This document shows, piece after piece, positions 38,740-51,600 of a stretch of DNA of 64,000 bases. Under the pieces are notes generated by a model. It did no database searches. It had not been told where the DNA came from and saw only the letters and a program-made list of their open reading frames with translations. Position 1 is the stretch's first letter. Every line of letters starts with the position of its first letter. The translations under genes were made by a program, and so were the position numbers. The stretch spans positions 2,232,001-2,296,000 of the forward strand of contig CM114271.1 in assembly GCA_050084515.1 (NCBI GenBank). Reading direction: 5' to 3'. This DNA is from Blasia pusilla. Lineage: Eukaryota.

Positions 38740-40441
38740 CTATAATATATTTATGAAACCCATTTCAATCCTACTTGGCCTCCAAATTTTATGAGACTTT
38801 CATTTCCTAACACTAATGTTCTTATCCCCTATTTTCAAGGGGAACTCTCCAAAAGCAATCCAATTCCACATTTTAGTATGTCATACTAAAGTTATACATT
38901 TAATTCCAAAATATCCTTCTTAGATTAGAATGCATGTTATCACTAGTAGATCCATTACTAATATTTAAAAATTTAGAAAAATAATAATAATATTCATATT
39001 CATATTCATATAAGAAAATGTAGAAACAATTGAAGGGTTACTTTCTTCTTATAGCACCATATACTTTGAATTAGAATTAAAAAATACATCATAATATTTT
39101 CACTATTTAAATTTTATTTATTTATATTCTAATCCTAATCCATTTTCTCATCTTATATTACTAGTTTGAAAATAATAAATCCAATTTATATAACAAAGAG
39201 GACAAAGAAAGGTAGCAACATCCCAACGAGGGAAGAAACAAAAATTTGCAAAAAAAGAACGCAAAAAGAAAATAATAATAAGTCACCACAAAAACTAGCT
39301 CAACGAGCTATATGGTTGATAAATTTCAAACAAATGTAAGTCAGAAACAAACACTTTATGTTGATCAACGTAATTGGACAACAAGGCCAGTAGTCCCCAA
39401 TCACTATGGCTTGATGCACCAACAACAATGCTTGTGCACATTGTAATGCCACCGAGATGCATTACTAAAATAAGTAATGACAACAGAGAGAGGACTACAA
39501 GAAGGGGCAAGTTGATGATTCTCAAGAGAGTGGCGAACACATGTTTTCATGAAAGTATTAAACGACACATGTAAGTGCCCAAAAACTTCCACCGCAAAAA
39601 AAAAAAATCCATCAGTCGCATGCCTCCTTGTAAAACTTAACTCTTTGATTCTTATAGTCGCATTGGCAAAGAACTTGTAGTATGTGCATCTTGACATGCT
39701 AAATAAGAATATGTTGGATAAATAACCACCACATCACCCATTGGACGAAAGCCACTTTAAGATATAACATGATTAACTCTTCAACAAGAGGTTGCTTGCA
39801 TAGTAGAATATAACATTAGCTATTCTTATCCAACATTGTACCATGCAATACAAGCAACCAATGCTCTTGGTTTTTTGCTCATATCATGGTGTAAAAATTA
39901 CACACAAAGTTAAGAATCATATTGAGATACTTGGACAAAAAGAAAATAATCACGCATGCACTAAAAAAACATGCGTGCAATACAATAATAATCACTTTTT
40001 AAACTTAAGATGTAGCTCAGTTTAACTTCAATAAACGAATGTCTTTCTTGTCGTAACATATATCCAACTAGCCACTACAAATTAAAATTTTATCTCTTCA
40101 TTATATAGATAAATAATAATAATAACAACATAGAAAAAAATATTGCACCACAACAGAGAACAGACTACAAAATAGAATATCACGTAAAATTTTAAAAATT
40201 CATCTCTTCATTATATAGAAAAAATAAATAAAAGTTCTATCTATTCATTATAATAATAATAATAATAATAATAACATATTTAATAAATTGCACCACACTA
40301 AATCATATTCTACCATGCTAGATAAAAATTTTTATCTCTTAATTACCACCTCTAGAAATTCTTTTTAAATTTTTTACCATCTATATTATACACACATATA
40401 TGTTAATTACTTTCTTTTCGATCTGTCTCACAAGCCCCACA

Positions 40442-40670
40442 TCTATATTATTATGGGAGAGTACTATCTTGATTTGCAAATACTTACATGTTTGTTTGAC
40501 ATGTGACAATCGGATGGCAAGAAAATCTTTCATATGTTAGACAACAACAAGGTAAAAATTTGAACTTGTGTGGTGTAACATTAATCCCTTCCCTTCATGA
40601 AGGGAAGGGATTAATGTTATGAAGGGAAGGGATTAATGTTACAAAAATTCTTCAAACACTTTATTTTTTC
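40442..40670 (+). mobile_element. Non-autonomous Helitron-like repeat with a fold-back at its 3' end
   Basis: A|TCTATATTATTATGGGAGAGT start; colinear with the 31151 copy. Confidence 0.55.
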
Positions 40671-41187
40671 TTTATTAGTTATTATAAAAACAAAATAATA
40701 ACAATAACATCACAAACCCCACACCGGTTAAAGAATAAAATAATGATAATAATATTTTGGTGCTAAAGATAACCACAGTAGAGATTAGACTACCACGGTC
40801 ATAGGACACGCAACCACGTAGCCGTAGAGAAGTGAGTGAGAGTACTCCGAAATAGGAACTGTGAGTACTCGAGTACTGAGAGAGAGAGAGACAGACAGAG
40901 AGAAACGGTAAACCTCCAGGAGAGCGGAAATGCTGTCTGCGACTGGAGATGCGGCAATTTTGATCGCTCATTGGGGTTTCGCTCAATTCTGTGTGTTAGG
41001 ACGCGTTGTGGACGCGGCGAGTGTGGCATGAGTTTGGTTCGTGGTGATCGGCTTGCGGGCGCGACGATTTGCGGCGTCTGGATTTCGGTTGTGGCGTTTT
41101 TGGTTGTGGTTTGCTTGCCTTGGTGTGAAATTGCAGCGCTCGGCCGAGGGTTTGAGCGAGCGAGCGAGTGAGTGAGGGCGTAAGAAC

Positions 41188-44100
41188 ATGACTACCCGGA
41201 TTACACCGGGGGTGGGAGCGAATCTCCTGGGGCAGCATGCGGCGGAGCGGAACCAGGATGCCACAGCTTACGTCGGGAATCTGGATGCTCAGGTGAGTTG
41301 CTGGAGTTCTGTTTCGTCGACTCTTCTTGTTTTTCGGCTCGTTCCCGAGCTTCTAGCGGAAAAATGATAATGTGGACGAGGGAGCTTATGCGCAGCTGAG
41401 CCATTTTGTGTTCCCGGATTTGTTTGAGCACCTGTGAAAATCACCTCCAAATGAGAGAGTGCAAGACCGGAAGGTCCACGAAGGTCCTGCACATGGGGTG
41501 AGCGTTGAGCTGACAAGCTGATTGCACTCAGGTCTCCGAGGAGCTTCTGTGGGAATTGTTCGTGCAAGCAGGACCTGTTGGTGAGTACATGCCCAGGAAT
41601 CGGCTCATTGGGACGTCCTAATCGTGTCTTCAAGATTTAGGGTTTATCACAGTACACGGAGTTCTTCAAATTCCTGTGGATGCTTCTGTTCATTTCGATG
41701 AATTCTCCGCAGAGATACCACGACATACGGTTGCAGCATCTGGTCCAACCTATTGAGGGTTTTTGTATGCATTGCAGTGAACGTTTATGTTCCTAAAGAT
41801 CGAGTAACGAATCTTCACCAAGGTTATGGATTCGTGGAGTTTCGAAGTGAGGAAGATGCTGATTATGTGAGTAACAGTTCTTCCTCGCAAAATTGTAATT
41901 CATCTTGTGAGTTATTGGTCCCAATTTTGATGTATGCGCTTTAGCACACCACGTTGAGTCTGCTTTCCCATCTTGTAGTAGATCTCGTTCCAGTTACTTA
42001 CTGTCTGTATGCGGGTTGTTTCGCAGGCCATCAAGATTCTGAATATGATCAAGCTCTATGGGAAGCCTATTCGCGTGAACAAAGTAATCACCTACAGTCT
42101 CTCTTGTCGTCGTGTATTGACATTCGTAGTTTATCAATCTCAACTGTTTCCTCCCTTGATGTCGTTGCCTGCTGCAGTGCCATGAATTTCCCTGTTTAGG
42201 GTTCCATTTGTTGACTGGGCCTTTCGAACCTTTTGACCATTTTAACCGCTGTTGATGCAAGTTTTAAATCTAGAGATATAAATGGGTCCCTAGTCTTGAT
42301 TCAGGTTTTGGGAAGGTGGCAGGTGTTGTCAGTCATGTTAGTTGTGGTCTTCGTAGACAATAAAACCAGCTTGCTTTGTGGTTGTGATTGCAACGCTGTC
42401 ATAGTATGTCTATTATGTATCTCAATTTCCTGAAATTAGACTGACCACCGAGAGGGCCCTCCTCATAGAAGTGCTCACAAGAAGACATGTGTGCACAGGC
42501 TTCTCAAGACAAGAAGAGCTTGGATGTGGGTGCCAACCTTTTTGTAGGCAATCTGGATCCGGTATGCTTCTGGCACAATTTTTCTGCTCAAGATTTTCTA
42601 TACCTGTGGTGACTGGCCTTGTTGACCATTCAGTTCTTATGTGAATTCTCTTTTGCTTTGAGCCACTGTAGATTTTGTACAGAATTTTTGGAATGTACAT
42701 GATAGAAAAAGTGGTACTATAGAAATCAGATGACACCCTTGACTTATCTGTCCACGCTGTTCAGGACGTTGATGAAAAACTGTTATACGACACTTTCAGC
42801 GCCTTTGGTGTGATAGTCACAAACCCAAAGGTGATCTCACAAAAGATTCATTTTGATTTTACTGCGACTTTTGACTCCTGACGCTTACTTTTCTCATACT
42901 TTTAAAAGCAATATGCTTCAGTAATGAAGATGTTGAGTCACAATATCTAGTGTGTCATGATATTGTTTTAAATAACTTCTGGAGAAAATATTTTATCAGT
43001 TCTAGGCAGTGGGGTTTACTAGGGTTCTGTATGGATGGGGTTGTATCAGATTATGAGGGATCCAGACTCTGGAAACTCCCGGGGATTCGGTTTCATCAGT
43101 TATGATTCATTTGAAGCCTCAGATGCTGCCATTGAGGTAAGCCCTTTTCTGAGTAGGTGTACCGTCTATAGTCTTGGTTCTGGAGTTTACTCTGCTGTTT
43201 ATTTTGGCATGAAGTCACCACTTCAACTGTTACAGTATCAACTAATTTACTGTCAATCTAATAGACCATTGCTTTGAATCTGCTTGAGCAGGCAATGAAC
43301 GGGCAGTATCTTTGCAATCGTCCGATTACAGTGTCATATGCTTACAAGAAAGATACCAAGGGAGAAAGGCACGGCACGCCTGCAGGTTTCTCCTTGCAGA
43401 CCTTTGACCAATTCAGCCTATTTGTACCTCTTAACTTTGTTTGGTTTCAACTGCTAAGACTTCTGTGGAAACTAAGTGCTGTGGTTGTGAATGTGCTGAT
43501 GAGGCCTACTGTGTATTAATGCAGAGAGAATGCTGGCTGCCAGCAATCCAAATGCACAAAAGAACAGACCTCATACTTTGTTTGCCAGTGGCCCACCATC
43601 CTTAGTAGGACCTCCAGTACCAGGTGCTGGGCCACCACCCATCCCACCTCAATCCAATGGTAACATGGGCCCTCCCCCAGGTCTCAATGGCAACATGCTA
43701 CCTCCTCCTCCTCCATTCGGAAATGGACCACCACCCATGCCTCCCCCTCCTCCCCAGCAAGGTCCTCCATCTCAGCCTCCCCCTCCACAAGGGCCTCCAG
43801 GTCATTTTGGTGGACCACCATCACAAGGGCCCCCTCATCAGATGCCACCACCTGGTTCCGGTCCTCCTCCTTGGGGCAACCAACCTCCACAACAAGGCAT
43901 GCTACCTCAACAAGGTGGAATGCCACCCCCACCTCAGTTTAGACCCGGACCTCCACCTCCTAACATGCCACCCCCTCCTGGTCCACCCCCACATGGATAT
44001 CATGGAATGAGGCCCCCTGGCCCACCGATGGGAATGGGTGGACCTCCTCCTCCTCCACCCTGGGGGCGAGGACCCCCTCCTCAAGGTGGAATGAGGCCAC

Positions 44101-44324
44101 CACCTCCCATGCAGGGCATGCCTCCGCCTCCTATGAATCAATCAGGTCCTCCAATGCAAGGCATACCACCTCGGGGTCCACCAGGTATGCCTCCCCCGCC
44201 GCCACAAGGTATGATGCCCCCTCCACCAAGGCAACAAGGTCCTCCTCCCCCTGGTGGAGCTCCTCCTCCCCCTCCTCCACCACCCTCAGCTCCGGCACCC
44301 AATCAACAACAGCAGGTAAGGTAA
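41188..44324 (+). CDS. SF3B4: Splicing factor 3B subunit 4 (SAP49): two RRMs and a proline-rich tail; 9 exons
   Basis: Exons 41188-41292, 41532-41580, 41778-41866, 42027-42083, 42499-42561, 42765-42830, 43050-43136, 43292-43385, 43525-44324. Motifs [47 protein letters not shown]. Confidence 0.96.
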
Positions 44325-46199
44325 ATTAGAGAGAGGTCTTTGTTCAGTCGGCGTATTTTAGCACCAGACGACCTTCACACATCATTCAAGTTTTGTTTCG
44401 CATCAACCCCCTTACTTTAGCAGTAGATGATCTTTAAAAGTTAGTCAAGTTTTGTTTCCCGTAAACACCCTTCGCTATGTAGATACGAGAATTACATAGT
44501 TTTTAGTCATGGATCCAAGTGTTCTCTGAAGAATCTCTTCTGTATGTAACAGTCGTCCCAAGGTTTCAGTCATGGTAAGTGAGTCCGTTGTACCCCAATT
44601 GAAATGGATAGATTCACCACATTTGAGCATTTTTGTTTGCAGCGAGTCCAAAATGATTCTCTCACTACTTTGTTGTAGACCATGGAATTGTTCTGATGAG
44701 TAGATGGCAAGTTTTGTTACATCATAGATCTTTGTCTGGCTAGCAACTTAGTACTTATATTGTCCCCACTTTTCAACAATTTCCTAATGGATGTGCTGAA
44801 TGTCCACAACTCTGAAATCGCCAGACTTCTCCAACATGTTTGAGGCCTGACTGACTACAATGAATAGATGTGAAGTACATGATATGAACAAAAGCCGGTC
44901 GTGAGAATCTGCAGAATCAATTTGAATGTCCTTCACTTCTACAGAGCTTACTAGACCCCCAAGGCACAACTACTAAGATGTAGGCAAGAGATTGGCAGAT
45001 CAGTATTACAGCTTCCATGTTTTCTCCAAGTTCTAGCTAACTGGGGACTCCCCAACTATCCATTCCAATCCATTACGGAGACTTCAGACATACATGTGCC
45101 CACTTTTTGGACAGCATACTAAAGGTCTCTGGCTCCATGTTTTCCATGAATTGTCGTTGTTCCATGTTAGCACCAACATCAGAAAGTCTCGACACAAACA
45201 ACCCTAGTGTCAAGCCCTTTGGCTTTGTCCATGCAATCATTCTGCCCGTCAGGCAATTGAAGTCTATTGCGACTTCTAGCAAGACAATTGAAACCAAAAG
45301 AATGTTTAATCCATATAACCTACAAATTCTCTGCCTTGGTGCAAACCAAGATAGAAGATAGACCAAAAGAAGATTAAATCCATACAACCTACAAAAAGCA
45401 CAAGGGTAGTTGATTAACTACCCTTGTGCTATCTTGGAAATCACAATCTACCAACAATTGCCCCACTCAATTTACAAGCTATGTGCCTTAGTTTTAGCCA
45501 TAAATCATCTTTGTGCTGTATAGATGATCAGATTTTATTTTGATCCATAGAACCTACAAGCTCTTTGTGTTTACCATCAACCATCTTTGTGTTGCCTATG
45601 CCCTTTGGATCTTAAGACAACTTGATCTCAAAGCTTGGTGTCTAAGTGATTGCAACCTGTGAGTAGCAAGGTTATAAGAATCAAAAGAAGTGCTTGATGC
45701 AAAGGACATGAACTCTTTGACCTAGCTTGATGTTTGCGATTGATTACCAGTTGGGCAATCCAAACCAGGAAAAGGCTGAATTCAAACGATCACAAAGCTC
45801 TTTTCCTGAGTGATTGTGATTATTCATTAAGGAGGCCATCCAAATAAAAGAAGGCTTGGTCCAAACAACCATAAATGAATTTTTTCACGAAATCAAAACA
45901 AACATCCCAAAGCCTCGACCTTTCCGCATAAGAGGCATACATCGGTGGTCAACAACCAAAAAGAAAGAAATAAAGAAGGAGCCCTCCATCCAAATGACCA
46001 AAACTGAATTTCTCCATCAAATCAAGAAAAACATCCCAAAATGTGGAACTTCCTAATTATCCATCAATCAATAGGTTGACGGTAAGCATTTGTGGTTGTA
46101 ATTTCTCCTCAAAAATGAGGAATTCATAATGAAAGGTGTGGCAGTTTAACGTTTCTTGTTGGACACAATCATGGGCTAAATGAAATCTATCTTAAATGA

Positions 46200-47200
46200 A
46201 TGTCTCACCACAATTTAAAAAAATGTCAATGGTTTGAAGTAACCTGGCTTGAAGCACATTCTTGCGTGAGGATTAATTGTATAGAGGATGACTTTTTGAG
46301 CCCTTTAAATTTTCATTCAAAAGGATCTTAGAGCAATGTGATGTATGACCCTCAAGATGAACATAAAATTGGGAGAATTTGACACATCACATGGAAAATT
46401 TTTCCTTAAAGAAAGAGTTTATTCACATTGGGTTTCATCCAACTCAATTGAGAAAATACATTAATTTTTTTTTACATTTCAAGGACTAGTGCAAAACTCA
46501 TGCTATGCACTTAGTGAAATGAAATTCCATGTTATTGCCACATTGTCCCATTAATTGCAAAGTTGCACGGGAACGAACATGCTGCGGGGGTAGCCACGGC
46601 TCCCACCGGAGCCCGCCCAACCCGTAGCGGGTACCTGGGCTAGCTGAGCCCGCACTGGTTTTGTGGCCCACGGCCAGGCCCGCACATGGCGGGTTGAACC
46701 CCCGTTGGGTGGGCTCCAGGGGCGGGCTTGAGTGCAGACCGTGAGTACTCAGGCCTGCACGGACATGTGTGTCCCTGGGATGGACATAAGTCCATGGATA
46801 CGGACTTTGTCCGTGTGCAACCCTGGTTAATTGCTCATAAATGAATTTTCTTTTCTTGTCTAGATGTCATTGCCTTGGGTGTCAAGCAAGAAATCTCTTT
46901 ATAAATCAAGAGAGTTGGTATTGCTCTGGTGAGCGTAAATGTGACTCCTGATAAGAGGGTGTACTCGTGTGGAGTGTTCAATATCGCTCGGGATTAACCC
47001 ATTCCAAGGAGATCCTCAACTGAGCCATCACATGAGTGTTGAACTTGGTTTTAAATCCTCTTAAACTTGACAGGCTTCTTGCCTTCTGGAAGGTCAGTGA
47101 AGTCTATGTGCAATTGTTTTTTAGTGATCTCAACTCACTTTGAATCACTTGTGCAATTGGATCTATATTGCCCTGACATTGCCAATGTCTAAGGAGCAAT
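46200..47200 (-). pseudogene. Highly decayed Ty1/Copia RT remnant, interrupted by a MITE
   Basis: Minus strand near 47060-47155 gives IQSELRSLKNNCT*..TDLPEGKKPV, the Copia RT N-terminal signature. An LKKS-like motif lies near 46295. Confidence 0.5.
46558..46825. mobile_element. hAT-type MITE with related ends and a GC-rich interior
   Basis: TIR CAAAGTTGCAC...GTGCAACCCTG; TSD ATTAATTG / GTTAATTG. Shares the GGATGGACAT and GGACTTTGTCC subterminal motifs with the other two MITEs. Confidence 0.82.
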
Positions 47201-48096
47201 AACGCCCCCTCCATCAAAGATACACATGGGTTGCTTTTTTTGGAGACGTTTTCCTTCTTCAGCATTATAGTGAATTGGGTTCTTCTCCTAGCACTTCCTT
47301 GTGTTTCAGATGATTGCGGACGATAAGTCTATCCTGAGATTTTATCTAGGAGCGGACCAAATTTATTAAGTCATAGCACCTCAGGTTTATTGTACAAGGA
47401 TCTAGTTCTGGAGGACGAGTTGCACAACAAACTACTCCTCTGAAGATCTATCAAAAGGAAGATACATTTGACTTCATAAATTTGGTCCACTCCTAATCAC
47501 AAAACTTGCCAGTGCAGCTGCTTGTAAAGCAGTTCTCCTCATTTGTGTGTTTATTAATACTGTAACACTCCTCAGTGTCACATACACCTAGTTGTTGATT
47601 GAGAGCTACATAGGAATAGAGGCATCTAAGATTGTCCATTATCATCCTCAAAGGTTGTATTGGTATTATCTATAACGGAGATTGTGTTTCAAATACAACA
47701 TTTGGCAAGTGTGGATGTATGACATTGCTTGAAACATGTGTATGCTTGCAATCATTCATAATTAAACCATGGATAAACTTTGCACCATCTAATAGAAGCA
47801 AGCTAGCAACTTTTAGGAAAATTTCTGTCATATGATATTTATGGCACCATCATATGTTGCACCCGTTGGAGGAGGGGAACGTAGGGTTATCTATTAGCAC
47901 ACTTAACATCCGTCTAGATGTTGCACCAAAGGTCCAAAATATAGGAAAAGATCCAAGAAGAGGTGGGTTTGATGATTGGAGTCACTTAGCAACCCTATAT
48001 CATAGAGTTTGGAAGAAGATGATCTCGAGGTTCCTGTGGATTATGACATTCATGGAGAGAAAGATATAGCATATGCACGGTTGGAGGCCTTCACGC

Positions 48097-48420
48097 ATGT
48101 TTGGAGATTACCGACCTATCAATTGGTAGACCAAGTCCGATAGGTATGCCATGCCCACCCTTGAGGAGATCTTTGATGCTATTGGGCATGCAAAGGTCTT
48201 CAGTTCATTAGATCTTCGAGCCGGATACCATCAGCTGCCTATCAAATTGGAGGACAGGCAGAAAAAGATATTTTGGGGCATCTATCCTCACGGGAAGGAT
48301 TGTTTGTAGCAGTGGCGGTTCTTTCCATCCGGGTTAAAGAACGCCCCTGCTGATTTTTAGAGGGTCATGGATAGGATCTTGGCAGGTCTGGACTTTGCTA
48401 GGTGTTATATTGATGACATC
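48097..48420 (+). pseudogene. isolated RT fragment of the same family
   Basis: MFGDYRPI...YAMPT...GYHQLPI...GLKNAP...CYIDDI; closely resembles 54859-55181 of element 3. Confidence 0.85.
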
Positions 48421-48686
48421 CCCATTTGTAATCATATGCTTGGACGTGTTCCTGACACGGTGAACATCTTCCATTATTGTGGGCTTTGGATGAATGCCAT
48501 AATAAACATATTCTCATAAGTCAAGGCCAAAAATTCTAGAATTATAAATAAATATCCAATAAATACCATCACCCATGGCCATTGCTCCACAACACATTTG
48601 ATGATCTTGCTACTAGCTTTGGTGCAACAATCATCACTTGATGAATCGAAGAAGGTTGGATGTGAGTTGAGTGATCATCATGTACA

Positions 48687-51600
48687 TGTCACGATTGTTA
48701 GGATAGATCGGTCGGATCTAGAAGAGCGTCTTCACGAGTAGTGGAGGAAATGCCCAAGAGGTCGAGAATGACCTACTGAGGCCCCGGGAAACCTGAGAGA
48801 GCAGGTTTCCCCTTCGTTTCGGCTCATTTGGAGCCATATAGAAAAACTTACTATTTCGGGTAAGTTTCCATGTTAGGGATAGTTGACTTTATATTTTTGG
48901 TAAGTGGCCCTTGACCTCCTACATCAGGTCAAGAGCCAAGGAGGTGACTTGGGAGCATAGGTTACCATGGAGGGAGCTTGGGAGAGGGGAGGGGTATACC
49001 GCAAGGAGAGAGAGCTTGAGAGCTCATTCTCTCTTTGTTGAACTTCTTGGCATGAGGCGGCGGAGCTATGGTCCCTTGCCTTGTGAGTGTAACCCAAACC
49101 TCTCATTAGGAGAGTGGGTTTGGTTTGACATGAGAGAGAGTGCACACCTTTGAGAGCTATGGTGTGAGATGGTGTAGAGAGAGATTGGATCTTACTTTAC
49201 AAAGAGAGAGTGAGAGAGCTTCATGGGGGAGCTCGCTGGTCACTCGCTGTTTTTGCAGGTTGGGGACCATGTTTCCCGTTCAGCGGCTCATGGGAGTGCT
49301 CACCGGAGCAAGAGCTGCTTTGATTGTTCTTCGCATTTGCCAATTTTTCGTGTGGAAGAGTGGCGCGCGGAAGCGCTGCCTAATTTTTTACAGGGATTTA
49401 GTATGGGGGCGGGTTGCCCCATGCCGGTGCTCTTGGGAGCACCATGTAGCTTGCTGATTTGTATTTTTACAGGTTTTACATTTTTGTTGGGAGAAATCAG
49501 CGCGGAAGCGCTGCCAAATTTTGTATAGGAGAAAGAGACATTGGGCTTTACGACAATCCCCATCAGTTTTTACTGGAATATCCAATTCTGAATGTTTTTG
49601 ACTTTGTTGTAGATCGTGAAGCTGTGCACGTTGTGCAACAAACAATGTGCAATTTGGAGTTGCGAGCAAAAAGTTATGGTCAATCTTACAAAACTACCAT
49701 TGCTACGTGATTTTTAGGGTTAAATTGTTCAAACCCTAAACCAGCCGTCATAGTCGCCGTCGACGGTCAATGGTCACCGTCACCGTCACCATCACCATTC
49801 GGCCGTCACCATCAACGGTCCACCGTCCGTTGTCCACCCTTTGGTTGCCATTGCCACCATTATGGAGTGGAGGGTCTTCCATGACGTTCGTTGATTCTCT
49901 AACTTGCGTCGCCACCAAGTACTTTGTTTTTGCCGCCACCGTCATCACAGTTTCGTCATCAACCAGTGATGGTTGATGACCTCTGGTTATGGTGTTTCAG
50001 TTTTGATTTCATGCTACTATGTTGTGATTGGTAGCCGCTCGACGACGATCGAGTACCGTGCCGTGACGCCCGTAGCCGCAACGCGCCGCCGATTGCCGCG
50101 CCGTGCCGCTCGTGGCTGCACCGCACTGTCTCGATTGCAGAGCCGCACCATCATTGTGGAGCAGAGTGTGGGTTTATTTTTTATTGAGAAGGGTATGCCG
50201 TCGAGTGTCGCATCCCACCATCGAGGGCCATGCCGTTCATAGCCGTTCCGTGCCGCCTGCAACGCCGCACCGTTCCGCTGGAACCGCACTATCTATCAAG
50301 AAGTTTTGAGAAGCGTCAGTATGGGAGGAGTATGACTTGCTGATTGGAGGAGTTATTTCCACAACCAAGTTGGGGTCGAGATTTGCAGTTTCTGAGGAGA
50401 GACATCGACATGTGTTCAACTTACCCATTCCGATCCTTTACCCTGCACGTGTGAGGGATTCTAGGATTTGGGTAGTTTATTTGGGGATATTGGATATGTG
50501 AATGCTCATTTATGTATGTGGTTAAGGGACATAGACTTGTGTGGGATGTCCCGAGTTGAGAGTAGGTTGTCGATGAGATGATAGCCCGGTCGATTTGCGG
50601 CATCACGCCACGAATTGCCGCACGTTACACGTCTCGGGGAGGCAGAGTGTAGATCGAGTGCCGCATGTTTGGGATGAGTGATTGAGGGATTACTCACAAG
50701 GTTCAGAGTGATCGGGTGAGAGGGGCACGAGGGTCATTATGGAGTCCATTCAGGACTTTGAGAGGCAAGGTGGTGAACCCGAGAGTAGCTCTAGAGGTTT
50801 TACGCGGAGTGGCGCGAGGTTTCGAGGGTCTCCACATGAGGGACCACCTCGACCTCCTTTTGTGTCATCGTCAGACGAGGGGGAGGGTGTAGAGGAGTTT
50901 GTGAGCACATCGCCACACATTGTGAGTGGTCCTACCAATTGGGTGTACGAGATGGACGATCGGGGTAGAGGACCGCGTAGGTTTCCAGGTGTAGTAGGCA
51001 CGATTGAGTTGCACCATTTCATAGCAGAGTTTAGGAGTTGGTGCAACTCCCAGCGGGCCAAGAACTCTAGAGAGTTCAACCCGTTTACAGCATGGAACGG
51101 TATGTTCCAGCATTTATAGGGGGCGCCCATGGACGATTACCATGAGTTCTCTAAGAGATATGCAGGTGAGATCGAGGCGTGGAGGCACTACTATGACCCA
51201 CATTATTTGTCATGGACGGAGCCGTTCCCAGATGAGGAGGAGGAGTCAGGAGATGCTACTTCCTCTTCCACTAGTGACGTTTTAGGAGGGGTCACTCGTA
51301 CGGGAGCAGTTGCACCCTCTAGTCGGATTCGTCCCAGGTTCAACCCTGTGGTTGAGTTCTTTGTTGAGTTGAGGGCGAGATACCAAGGGGTACGGACGGA
51401 GAAGTTGCGGAGCATCAACGACTTTCAGAGGCGCTCGGGTGAGAGTTTGTGTGAGCCTTATACTCGCTTGCGCCGGTTGATCAACATCACTTAGGAGGTG
51501 ACAGAGGCTCGGGCTATCCAGTCATGGTACGCGATGCTGGACCGGACCCTATGGACACGGGTGCGGGAGGGGGTGCTTCTTATGAACACCTCCCCTACGT

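Noticed and set aside
44310-44324. Extra SF3B4 exon via the donor-like CAG|GTAAG just before the stop
   Set aside because: An in-frame TAA follows immediately and no downstream coding exon is identifiable; RNA-seq would be needed.
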